A stretch of DNA of 64,000 nucleotides from Hyphomicrobiales bacterium. GTDB lineage: Bacteria; Pseudomonadota; Alphaproteobacteria; Rhizobiales; HXMU1428-3. Positions 1 through 8,809 of this stretch are shown in pieces. The DNA lies in the NCBI GenBank assembly GCA_965215715.1, contig OZ244129.1, positions 1,364,994 to 1,428,993 on the forward strand. The letters run 5' to 3'. The translations under genes and the position numbers were made by a program. The notes under the pieces are model-generated. The model saw only the letters and a program-made list of their open reading frames with translations, was not told where the DNA came from and ran no database searches. Within the stretch, counting starts at the first letter, position 1. Each line of letters opens with the position of its first letter.

Positions 1-103
1 CGTTTCTAACTGTAACTGCTCTTAAGATTAGGTCGCGTCAGACTTGATGGGACCCAACCAAAGTGGAGTGTCAGATCATATTAAAAACTTTTAAAATATT
101 ATT

Positions 104-1639
104 TTAAGCCGCAACACTTTCCTTGTTGGCCTTGGCATTTTCAATCCATCCCTTGACCTCATCCAAGTCAGGTTCATTGCCAACCCGTAAAAGACGAGCG
201 CCATCTTTGGTGATCAAAAAGGCTTGCAAATCTATCAACAAAGTTTCCGGGCTGGCATTGGTCACTTGATCGAGCGTGCGATAGCCACATCCAACAAGGA
301 ATTGCGCATCATGGCCGCGCAAACGGGGGATTTCGATTTGCAATTTTGCCTGGTCTTGCCAATCACGTACCGTTTGCGCCGTGATGTAGCTGACCTCTAA
401 TAGGGCGGCGATCTCTTCAGGGTCAGCGGCCAATAAATCTTCCACTGTTTTCACGCCGACCACATAAAGCCGTTTGGCTGTTTTCACACCAATGGAGGGG
501 GCATCTTCGACATCGTCATGAGCTTCCAAGAAATAGCTGGGTCCCTGATCCGTCCGTTTTTCTGGAATGTCGCCAGCGTCGCCGCCTTCTTCTTGTCCCT
601 CATGACGATCCAATTGGCGTTTGTCAGTGCCCTCTTCTTGACCTTGTGCCAAGAACTCATCATCAACTTCACTGCCAGGGGCCTCAACGGTTGGGGTGGC
701 TTCATCTACCTCATCTTCATCATCGAGGATGCCAAGGACTTCTTTGCGATGAAGCTTTTTGATCATCTGATCATCTTCAGGCAAATGCTCTTCAACTTTG
801 CCGGTTGTTTGCAGCTCATCATACATTGCCTGGACAAGGGCTTTATCGGCCATGTCATCCATTTTGCGTGTCACCCATTTGATTGGAATTTTCAAACCGG
901 CAACAAATGTCTCGGCGGTTAAGTTGATCTCAGGCGGTGTTTTGCCTGATGCTTTAATCGCTTCATCAAGCACCACGGCAAACCCGCGCGCGCCATATTG
1001 AATGAGTTCAGCCAAGACCACATGGCCCAATTCATTATAGCCTTCCGTTGGCTCTACCACGCCGCGGTCAAAATTATAATGAGCAATCAGATGAGAATAA
1101 TAACGATGGGAAACCTTTGCCCCTTCGCGCACCATGTCAGCGGCAAAATCCACTGTCTCTTCTGGCGGCATGATCATTAATAATTGATAGTCTTTATCTG
1201 CTCGTTTTTTAAGATCGTTGTAGCTTTTGTTGATGGTCCACTCCACGGCGCGGTGGATGGCGCTTTCAGCCTCTGATTGGGCGGTGTGGAATGGCATAAT
1301 CGGGTCCGTGTAATAGTGAGACAGAACCCCGGCGGCATAAATGGCATCTTCCCATTGTTCTTTTACCAAATTAGAGACCAGCTCATCATACCATTCGCGG
1401 CATTTGTCTGGCGCGCCGCCCCAAAAATTATCGCCCACATGCAGCACATGGTTCTTAAAGTCTTTAAACACTTTATCAGGGACTTTTGAGCCTTCAAGAT
1501 AACGCTCAGAATATTTGAGGAACAATTTGACCCATTTGTTTTTGTCCTCAACAGACAGGTTAGAGAGCGCATCTAAAGCCAATTTATGATGGGTGCCATT
1601 GGCGTGAGCGGCATACACAATCTTAAACAGCAAAGACAT
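104..1639 (-). CDS. Zinc-dependent phospholipase C/S1-P1 nuclease-fold domain fused to C-terminal DUF4332-like helix-hairpin-helix region
   Basis: ORF track 104..1690; likely ATG at 1639 (MSLLFKIVYAAHANGTHH). Metal-ligand pattern H-x3-D-x5-H (SHYYTDPIMPFH) and H-x3-E (HRAVE). An acidic linker is followed by HhH-like APSIGVKTAKRL and IPRLRGHDAQFL. Confidence 0.7.
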   Translation of the reverse strand: MSLLFKIVYAAHANGTHHKLALDALSNLSVEDKNKWVKLFLKYSERYLEGSKVPDKVFKDFKNHVLHVGDNFWGGAPDKCREWYDELVSNLVKEQWEDAIYAAGVLSHYYTDPIMPFHTAQSEAESAIHRAVEWTINKSYNDLKKRADKDYQLLMIMPPEETVDFAADMVREGAKVSHRYYSHLIAHYNFDRGVVEPTEGYNELGHVVLAELIQYGARGFAVVLDEAIKASGKTPPEINLTAETFVAGLKIPIKWVTRKMDDMADKALVQAMYDELQTTGKVEEHLPEDDQMIKKLHRKEVLGILDDEDEVDEATPTVEAPGSEVDDEFLAQGQEEGTDKRQLDRHEGQEEGGDAGDIPEKRTDQGPSYFLEAHDDVEDAPSIGVKTAKRLYVVGVKTVEDLLAADPEEIAALLEVSYITAQTVRDWQDQAKLQIEIPRLRGHDAQFLVGCGYRTLDQVTNASPETLLIDLQAFLITKDGARLLRVGNEPDLDEVKGWIENAKANKESVAA

Positions 1640-1805
1640 CAAGCTTCCCCTTGGCAAAAGAATCAAAAGATCTTGCAAACTTAAGCTCAAACGAAGTTGC
1701 AGACAAGCGGCCCCTTAAGCCCATAAACAAGATATATTTTTGTTTCAATGACATTTTGATAGTGTATTGAAAGACCAACCCAATCCATTATAAGAAAGTT
1801 CCCAA

Positions 1806-2135
1806 ATGCCCGCCCTTTACCTTGCTCTTGCCATTTCTTTTGAAGTTATCGGCACAATCGCCCTTAAATGGAGCGCCAACACCAATATTGCCTGGTATGG
1901 CGCCCTCACGGTTATTGCTTATTGTTTGTCCTTTTTTTGCCTCTGGCTAAGTCTTAAAAGCCTTCCTCTTAGTATGACCTATGCTATCTGGTCCGGTATT
2001 GGCATTGCATTAACAGCAACTGCTGGTGTTTTTATTTTTCAAGAAAAAGTAGATTCGATAGGTATTCTAGGAATAATTCTAATTATATTAGGAATTGTTT
2101 TAATTAATGGATTTTCTAAAATGGGAGGACACTGA
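1806..2135 (+). CDS. SMR/DMT family small multidrug efflux protein (EmrE/QacE-like)
   Basis: 109 aa, four hydrophobic helices, conserved TM1 Glu (SFEVIGTIALK) and YAIWSGIG motif. Confidence 0.92.
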   Translation: MPALYLALAISFEVIGTIALKWSANTNIAWYGALTVIAYCLSFFCLWLSLKSLPLSMTYAIWSGIGIALTATAGVFIFQEKVDSIGILGIILIILGIVLINGFSKMGGH

Positions 2136-2203
2136 TTATAAAATTTTTATCTTCTTGAAAAATTATACTATAGTATTAAAAATAAATACTAAGGTTTAAG
2201 AGG

Positions 2204-2548
2204 ATGAAAACTATGACAAGAACTGTATTTTACTGCTTTATATGCTTCGCAATAACATCAATTGTTATTAGCAATAACACATACGCCTTTGAGAAAGGGA
2301 AAGAATGCGGAGGAATATCAGGTATTACTTGCAATAAAGGGTTGATGTGTGAATACCCAGCTGGAACGTGTGGTGTTGCCGATATTATGGGAAAATGCAT
2401 CGAAAAACCTGAGGTTTGCCAAAAAGATTATCGTCCTGTATGTGGCTGCGACAAACGCACATATTCCAATGATTGCCAAAGACAAGCCGCAGGCGTTTCA
2501 AAAGCCTATGACGGCAATTGTGGGGCAAAAACAATGATGAAAAAGTGA
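2204..2548 (+). CDS. Secreted cysteine-rich Kazal-type serine protease inhibitor domain protein
   Basis: Signal peptide, then CQKDYRPVCGCDKRTYSNDC (Kazal signature PVCG...TYSNxC), preceded by a second Cys-rich module. Confidence 0.85.
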   Translation: MKTMTRTVFYCFICFAITSIVISNNTYAFEKGKECGGISGITCNKGLMCEYPAGTCGVADIMGKCIEKPEVCQKDYRPVCGCDKRTYSNDCQRQAAGVSKAYDGNCGAKTMMKK

Positions 2549-2556
2549 AAACATTA

Positions 2557-2600
2557 ATATTTAGGCTTCCCCTCTTTAAAGACAGGGGGAGCCTAAATAT
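2557..2600. terminator. Bidirectional hairpin between convergent Kazal and methyltransferase genes
   Basis: ATATTTAGGCTTCCCCT ... AGGGGGAGCCTAAATAT inverted repeat with AT-rich flanks. Confidence 0.75.
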
Positions 2601-2629
2601 ACTACGACACGTGACCAAGACAAATAAGA

Positions 2630-3757
2630 TCAACAACAACTTTGTTGTGAAGGGTCTGTTGTTATGGCTTTGACGCCTTTTTTCGTTTCTTGTGGGTGGC
2701 GCACCGCCCCAACATCGCAAGCCATTTCTTCATTGCTTTCAACTACAACGGCTGGCGGCACAGGGATCATCTGATCTTTGTAGGGTTCAGACTTCATAAG
2801 GTTAAATGTCTTCTCACATACTGCCATACGTTCGCCGCGGAAAAACACATGGCCATCATCATCTGCCACTTGGCTCCACGGCCCTTTGTAAATCACAGCT
2901 TGATTTTTCTCAATGCATGGCCCTTCTTTGCCTTTATAGGCCAGCAAAGTGACAGAGCGATACTCAATCCCTTCAACCACTTGCCAGGGGGCTTGTTCAT
3001 ACACATCAATGGTGATGCCGTGAAAGCCAACATCTTCCAAAGCTTGGACAAATTCAGCCTCTTGTAAAGCACCTGAAATACAGCCTGACCAAAGCTTGGG
3101 ATCATTTTTCAAATGCTCAGGGGACATTTCGTCAGAAACAATATCTGAGACTGCAATGCGACCGCCCACTTTGAGCACGCGGTACATCTCTTCAAATAGT
3201 TGCCGCTTTTTCTCATCGCTGACCAAGTTCAACACACAGTTGGAGACAATCACGTCGATGGTTTCATCTTCAATCAGGGGCTTCTCTTTGCCAATGCGTT
3301 CTATTTCACGGGTTAGTTCTTCATAATCACCAACTGAGGCGACAGGATGCTCGGCTAAAAATTTATCAACCAAATCCAAATCTGTTTTCAGGTCCTCAAT
3401 ATGGCCGCGCAAAAATGAAACATTTTCATAGCCAATTTCTTTTGCCACTTGGGGGGCGCTGTCACGGGCTAATTTGAGCATGTTTGGTGTCATATCAACA
3501 CCGATGACCTTGCCCTCAGACCCGACAATCTGGGAGGCAATGAAACAAACCTTGCCGCCGCCCGAGCCCAGGTCCAGCACGGTTTCTCCTTGACGGCAAT
3601 ATCTTGATGGGTCACCGCAGCCATAATCGCGCTCGATCACTTCTTGAGGGATGACCTTTAAATATTTTGGATCATATTGCACCGCACAGCACAGTGAGCT
3701 CTCACACGCCTCAGCCCCATCGCCATATCTTTCTTGCACTGATGATTGTACGTCCAT
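2630..3757 (-). CDS. arsM: Arsenite methyltransferase-like SAM-dependent methyltransferase (ArsM/AS3MT family) with C-terminal extension
   Basis: SAM motif VLDLGSGGG; conserved Cys motifs SLCCA, YGCGDP, SNCVLNL, WSGCISGAL; C-terminal CC. Likely ATG at 3757 with GGAGA RBS (ORF track start 3805). Confidence 0.72.
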   Translation of the reverse strand: MDVQSSVQERYGDGAEACESSLCCAVQYDPKYLKVIPQEVIERDYGCGDPSRYCRQGETVLDLGSGGGKVCFIASQIVGSEGKVIGVDMTPNMLKLARDSAPQVAKEIGYENVSFLRGHIEDLKTDLDLVDKFLAEHPVASVGDYEELTREIERIGKEKPLIEDETIDVIVSNCVLNLVSDEKKRQLFEEMYRVLKVGGRIAVSDIVSDEMSPEHLKNDPKLWSGCISGALQEAEFVQALEDVGFHGITIDVYEQAPWQVVEGIEYRSVTLLAYKGKEGPCIEKNQAVIYKGPWSQVADDDGHVFFRGERMAVCEKTFNLMKSEPYKDQMIPVPPAVVVESNEEMACDVGAVRHPQETKKGVKAITTDPSQQSCC

Positions 3758-3777
3758 TGAAGTTTCTCCACTTGTCT

Positions 3778-4803
3778 TTATGTATTTAAAAATAATAACA
3801 GCCACACCACACAGGCGGCACTAAAAAAACCAATTGGCAAGGTTAAGATCCAGGCCAAAATAATGTCTCTAATTTTACCCCAACGCGCTGTGCCGCTTAG
3901 GGCGCCAATACCAAACAAACTTCCAACCGAGACATGGGTGGTTGAAACACCAACGCCAACATGAGAGGCAAACAAAACCAAAAGAGCCGTCACAAAATTA
4001 CCTGTAAACCCTTGGGGCCCATCCATTTGGGTAATTTCTTTTGAGAGGACTTTGGCTATTTGTAAAGAAAAGAATACACTTCCCACAACCATTAAAAAAG
4101 CAATCGATACAAAAACCATGGATTGAGACATGCCTGTAGCAGCCCCCAATAGCCAAATCGAGGCTATTTTGGGGGCATCGTTGACACCGCGGGCGAAACA
4201 AACCGTCATACCTGAGATAATATGTAAATAATCTTGGGTTTTGCTGCTTTTGTCTGTTTCAACGCTTACAGAATTTCCCCCACCTGCGCCGCCGACACTG
4301 ACAAGCCTTTGGCTTACCACGCCGCGCAACTGCCAAAGCCCCCATGTCATGCCGGCGGCGAGAAAGGGAGAAACTAACAAAGGGATCAATGTCTTTTGTG
4401 CCAATACGCCATAAAGCGGACTGGCCGCTGGCAGAGCAAATGCGGCACCTGCCAAAGCGCCAATAATGGAATGGGTGGTTGAAATGGGATAGCGAAAAAG
4501 TGTGGCCCCGATAACGGTGAGAGCCGCGCCCATAGCAAAAGCGGCAACAAATACCGGGTCTGCCAAAACATCGGCCATAACGATGCCTTTGCCTGAAAAG
4601 GCTTTGAGCAAACCAGCCCCTAAAACAACAGCACAGCAGCCGCCAAAGAAGGTGGCGATATTGGCAGCGACCAGGGCTTGGCGGAATGTAAGCACACCGC
4701 TGCCCCAGAGCGTGGCCATGCCTTTAAAATTATCATTGGCCCCATTGGCCAGGCTCAGCAACACAACGCCAAGAATAAATAGGACAGAGGTGAGCATAGA
4801 CAT
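3778..4803 (-). CDS. PiT family inorganic phosphate transporter (compact form)
   Basis: PiT signatures GANDNFKGMAT, PISTTHSIIG, GVNDAPKIA, VSTTHVSVG; about 10 TM segments. Confidence 0.9.
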   Translation of the reverse strand: MSMLTSVLFILGVVLLSLANGANDNFKGMATLWGSGVLTFRQALVAANIATFFGGCCAVVLGAGLLKAFSGKGIVMADVLADPVFVAAFAMGAALTVIGATLFRYPISTTHSIIGALAGAAFALPAASPLYGVLAQKTLIPLLVSPFLAAGMTWGLWQLRGVVSQRLVSVGGAGGGNSVSVETDKSSKTQDYLHIISGMTVCFARGVNDAPKIASIWLLGAATGMSQSMVFVSIAFLMVVGSVFFSLQIAKVLSKEITQMDGPQGFTGNFVTALLVLFASHVGVGVSTTHVSVGSLFGIGALSGTARWGKIRDIILAWILTLPIGFFSAACVVWLLLFLNT

Positions 4804-4940
4804 CCCTTAAATTTAATAATCATCCAGCTGGTTGGTTAGAAAACAACCAGGCCTTCCTGATGATCAAAATTTCAAGGGAAAGGTCAAATAACAAAAGGGG
4901 GCAGAATCAATCACTTAATTGTGAACAAGGGCGTTATATT

Positions 4941-5327
4941 TTAAGAGCCTGCCAAATCATTCAAGATTGGACAATCGGGGCGGTGATTGCCTTTGCAATG
5001 GTTGACCAGGGTTTCTAGGGTTGCGCGCATTCCTTCCAGCTCATTTATTTTTTGCTCAATATCTTGCAAATGCGCCTTCGCGATTTGCTTGACATCTTTG
5101 CTGGCCCGTTTTTGATCTGAGTACAACCCGAGCAACTGGCGGCAATCTTCAACTGAAAACCCAAGCCTGCGAGCCCGGGCTAGGAATTTCAAATTATGCA
5201 CATCGCGTTCAGAAAAATCCCGATAGCCATTATTTCGGCGCAAGGGCTGAACCAAGCCAATATCTTCATAATAGCGAATGGTCTTTTCACTCAAATGCGC
5301 TTGTTGTGCCGCTTCCCGAATTTTCAT
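4941..5327 (-). CDS. cueR: Cu(I)-responsive MerR-family regulator
   Basis: N-terminal MerR HTH (KTIRYYEDIGLV), FLARARRLGFS, and C-terminal metal loop CKGNHRPDCPIL. Confidence 0.9.
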   Translation of the reverse strand: MKIREAAQQAHLSEKTIRYYEDIGLVQPLRRNNGYRDFSERDVHNLKFLARARRLGFSVEDCRQLLGLYSDQKRASKDVKQIAKAHLQDIEQKINELEGMRATLETLVNHCKGNHRPDCPILNDLAGS

Positions 5328-5344
5328 GTGTCAGACTCCATTTT

Positions 5345-5399
5345 TGAAGCGTTTCATTGACCCCAAAACCGGCGACCACTTTTGGGTGAAACGCTCTAA
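5345..5399. repeat. BRU-RS/RIME-like palindromic intergenic repeat (module B)
   Basis: AGCGTTTCA..CCCCAAAACCGGCGACCACTTTTGGGTGAAACGCTCTA; the core AAAACCGG-N-CCACTTTT recurs at 11661, 30939, 35058, 35111 and 46908 (approximate). Confidence 0.8.
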
Positions 5400-5893
5400 T
5401 GACAACACTTCTTAATCTCTCTAGATAACAACCAGTAATTCACCGGCCAGGCCGCCAAGAAGCCAGCAGGGATGGCCAAGGCAAGGCCCAATAAAAACGT
5501 TCCGCTGAAAATAGACTGAGCATGCATGCCGCCGGCCCAATAATCGACCACATTCATTACAAATTCCATGATCCCCATGGAGATGACCTCACCTAACCAG
5601 ACAGCGCGAAACGCCCCCACTACAGAGAGATTTTCAGTGGCCTGAACCGAGCGAATGGCCAAAATGAAGCCAATGACAAAGGCTAAAATGACCGCAAGCG
5701 TGATTGTGTAAAGAGGGGGCCACTGCAAGCTTACACCGATCACAAGCCCCAACACCTCACCAATGGTGCAGCCTGTTAAACAATGGATTGTGGCTTTAGC
5801 TGAGCTGATTAAACCTGGCCTTGTTTCTTGGGTTGAAACACTGCCCTTTTGTGTTTGATCTGCCTGACAACAGCTTTCTACTTTGGTTTCCAT
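5396..5893 (-). CDS. DUF4396 family membrane protein (Cys/His/Met-rich)
   Basis: ATIHCLTGCTIGEVLG, GEVISMGIMEFVMNVVD and AAWPVNYWLL motifs; CC pairs at both ends. Confidence 0.85.
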   Translation of the reverse strand: METKVESCCQADQTQKGSVSTQETRPGLISSAKATIHCLTGCTIGEVLGLVIGVSLQWPPLYTITLAVILAFVIGFILAIRSVQATENLSVVGAFRAVWLGEVISMGIMEFVMNVVDYWAGGMHAQSIFSGTFLLGLALAIPAGFLAAWPVNYWLLSREIKKCCH

Positions 5894-5935
5894 TCCGTTA
5901 CCTGATCATTTGAGGAAAGTCTTTTTAATACTAGC

Positions 5936-5966
5936 ATGATAAACCTTCTAGTTACCAGAAGGTCAA
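5936..5966 (-). promoter_or_regulatory. MerR-type sigma70 promoter with CueR operator
   Basis: Minus strand TTGACC-19 nt-TATCAT containing the perfect dyad ACCTTCT-N7-AGAAGGT (5943..5963). Confidence 0.9.
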
Positions 5967-6095
5967 TAAAGAAATTGGCGTAAATTGCTCATCTTTGCTG
6001 TGCTTGCTATACTCTTTTCACCACTCACAGAGCATGTAATGATTTAAAGGACCTAAATTATTTGCCTCGTCTCTTTTTCCAGAAAGGAAATCACA

Positions 6096-6512
6096 ATGAG
6101 AAAAATATTCACCGCTTTTTTTAGCTTTGCCTTTTTATTTTCAATTCCGCACACCTTTGCCGCCTCTGCAGAGGATGCTGTTGGCGTGTGGAAAACCAAA
6201 ACCGGGCGCCATGTGCAATTGTTTAAATGCGGCAGCTCCCTTTGCGGTAAAATTTTAAAGGCCGAGGCTGGGGCCAAAGACAGCAAAAATCCAAACCCTA
6301 AATTGCGATCTCGTTCCTTAAAAGGGGTGCGCATTTTAAACGGTGCTAAGAAAAACAGTGCCACAGCCTGGAAAGGAACGCTTTATAATACCCGAGACGG
6401 CAAGCAATATACCGGCTACCTAACAGTGAATAGCAAAACCTCACTCAAACTTTCAGGCTGTGTCTTGGCTGGGTTGGTTTGTAAGAATGAATTTTGGCAG
6501 CGTATAAGATGA
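6096..6512 (+). CDS. DUF2147 family secreted protein
   Basis: Signal peptide; GVWKT, CGSSLCGKI, DSKNPNPKLRSRSL, WKGTLYNTRDGKQY, LSGCVLAGLVC. Confidence 0.88.
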   Translation: MRKIFTAFFSFAFLFSIPHTFAASAEDAVGVWKTKTGRHVQLFKCGSSLCGKILKAEAGAKDSKNPNPKLRSRSLKGVRILNGAKKNSATAWKGTLYNTRDGKQYTGYLTVNSKTSLKLSGCVLAGLVCKNEFWQRIR

Positions 6513-6767
6513 AGAAATAGCGACATATTTATCACAAATAGACTTATAGCTGTGGTTTGACTTATGAGACTGTCTAAAATTTAAGGAATATCAGAATAGT
6601 TTCATATTTCTGCCCTTTCAAAGCCACGATTAAGTTGCTCTTAGGCGCTTGCGTAAATCGTTCAAATTGAAATTTTCAAACTTTAATAAATACAAATACT
6701 TATCACAGCAGGGTCATTTACAATGTTTCGTCAGTTTAGGGTGCCTCCCTTTGTTAAAGGGCAGGCT

Positions 6768-7217
6768 ATGAAGTCTTTTTTTCTCAGTTTAACAATCGGC
6801 TTACCTCTTTTATTCACCAGTGCTTCGGCAGCTCTTGCCTCAGACAACAAGGCTCTTATCGGGGTGTGGCAAACGCACAATAGTGAGCTTATCCGGTTTT
6901 ACTCTTGCGGGCGCGGGGTTTGCGGGAAACTGATGACAAACCGCTCTGGTCTTAAACGCGACCAACACAATCCCAATCCAAAACTGAGAAAACGAGCCGT
7001 GCGCGGCCTCACCATTATCCGGGGGCGCAAAAAAGCGGGGGCACAAAAATGGTCTGGGTCTATCTATAATGTCAAAGACGGGAAAACCTATGCTGGCTCT
7101 TTAAAACTCACAGGGAAAACCCGCGCAACCGTTACCGGGTGCATGAGCGGTGGCTTGTGCCAAAGCGCGACGTGGCGGAAAATAAGCCGCACCAAAGTTA
7201 CAGCGCTTGGCAAATAG
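6768..7217 (+). CDS. DUF2147 family secreted protein (tandem paralog)
   Basis: Same motifs (GVWQT, CGRGVCGKL, NPNPKLRKR, WSGSIYNVKDGKTY). Likely ATG at 6768 (ORF track start 6723). Confidence 0.88.
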   Translation: MKSFFLSLTIGLPLLFTSASAALASDNKALIGVWQTHNSELIRFYSCGRGVCGKLMTNRSGLKRDQHNPNPKLRKRAVRGLTIIRGRKKAGAQKWSGSIYNVKDGKTYAGSLKLTGKTRATVTGCMSGGLCQSATWRKISRTKVTALGK

Positions 7218-7250
7218 CTGATTTCAAACCTTTAGGTGGTGTCTTAACTT

Positions 7251-8543
7251 CTAATCCTCAAACGGATCATGCACCAAGATTGTATCGTCTCTCTCAGGGC
7301 TGGTTGAAAGCAGTGCCACTGGTGCTTCAATCAGCTCTTCCACCCGGCGCACATATTTAATTGCCTCGGCTGGCAAGTCAGCCCAGCTGCGCGCGCCTTG
7401 TGTTGATTGAGACCAACCTTGCAGCGTTTCATAAACAGGCTGAACCCCGGCTTGAAGATCTTCACTGGCTGGCAGGTGATCATAATGCTGGCCGTCAATT
7501 TGATAGCCGGTGCAGATTTTTAATTCTTCAAACCCATCCAAAACATCCAGCTTGGTCAAGGCTATGCCTGTGATACCGGCCACTTTAATGGTCTGGCGCA
7601 CCAGGCAGGCATCAAACCAGCCACAACGACGCTGGCGACCTGTCACGGTGCCAAACTCATGCCCACGCTCACCAAGGCGCTGGCCTATTTCATCTTCAAG
7701 CTCGGTTGGAAATGGCCCCATGCCAACGCGTGTGGTGTAGGCCTTGGTGATGCCAAGCACATAATCAATTGCTGTTGGGCCTATGCCGCAACCAGATGCG
7801 GCTTGAGCTGAAACGGTGTGAGAGGAGGTTACAAATGGATAGGTGCCATGGTCTACATCCAGCAACACGCCTTGTGCCCCTTCAAACAAAATTCGTTTGC
7901 CAGAGCGGCGCTGATTATCAAGCAATTGCCAAACAGGTTCCACATAAGGACCGATCATGGGGGCAATTTTCTCTAGGGGTTGCAAGACCTCATCAACGGT
8001 CAATTCTGGTTCGCCGAGCCCGCGGCGCAAAGCGTTGTGATGGGATAGCAAGCGCTCAATTTTGGTCGGCAAAGCTTTTAAGTTTAACAAATCCATTGCA
8101 CGAATGGCGCGCCGACCAACCTTGTCCTCATAGGCTGGCCCAATGCCGCGTTTGGTGGTGCCGATCTTGCCCTTGCCAGCGGCCTTTTCTCTTAGCGCAT
8201 CTAATTCTTGGTGCAATGGCAAAATCAAGGTGGCGTTTTCAGCAATGCGTAAACGCTCATTGGTTATCTCGACCCCTTGGGCTTTGACCGCATTGATCTC
8301 TTCTTGCAATGCCCATGGGTCAATCACCACGCCATTGCCAATAACGGCTAATTTACCGTCTCTGACAACACCAGAGGGGAGTAAAGAAAGCTTGTAAACC
8401 TTGCCATCAATCACCAACGTGTGGCCTGCATTGTGCCCGCCTTGAAAGCGCGCCACAATGTCTGCACGCTCCGATAGCCAATCAACAATCTTCCCCTTGC
8501 CCTCATCCCCCCATTGAGAGCCCACAACAACCACATTTGCCAT
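7251..8543 (-). CDS. purA: Adenylosuccinate synthetase
   Basis: [38 protein letters not shown] motifs. Confidence 0.99.
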   Translation of the reverse strand: MANVVVVGSQWGDEGKGKIVDWLSERADIVARFQGGHNAGHTLVIDGKVYKLSLLPSGVVRDGKLAVIGNGVVIDPWALQEEINAVKAQGVEITNERLRIAENATLILPLHQELDALREKAAGKGKIGTTKRGIGPAYEDKVGRRAIRAMDLLNLKALPTKIERLLSHHNALRRGLGEPELTVDEVLQPLEKIAPMIGPYVEPVWQLLDNQRRSGKRILFEGAQGVLLDVDHGTYPFVTSSHTVSAQAASGCGIGPTAIDYVLGITKAYTTRVGMGPFPTELEDEIGQRLGERGHEFGTVTGRQRRCGWFDACLVRQTIKVAGITGIALTKLDVLDGFEELKICTGYQIDGQHYDHLPASEDLQAGVQPVYETLQGWSQSTQGARSWADLPAEAIKYVRRVEELIEAPVALLSTSPERDDTILVHDPFED

Positions 8544-8809
8544 TGGGAATAATCCTTAAAATAAATGTTGAACCTTTACAGCACCACCAAGCAGGCTCAA
8601 AAAGCCCAACAGTAAAATGCCATGGAATAGAATGAAATTTCACGGGCGACTATAGCCTGCAGCTTTATAATATGCGAGAGGAAAGGGCGAAAAAAAAGGG
8701 TACAAATAGCTGCAAAGACATAAAATTCTTGGGTTTTAACCATTTTTATCGAGACAAATGGCCCCAGGCGCTTATGGTAGCTGGCAAAGAGAAGAAAAAA
8801 GCCCCCACT

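Noticed and set aside
2580-2632. Possible selenocysteine readthrough of the TGA after Cys-Cys in arsM
   Set aside because: No convincing SECIS hairpin directly downstream; a terminator-like hairpin follows; a C-terminal CC is a normal ending.
4862-4887. Second TTGACC upstream of PiT as another CueR site
   Set aside because: No dyad with 7-bp spacing and no 19-bp spacer; at most an ordinary promoter.
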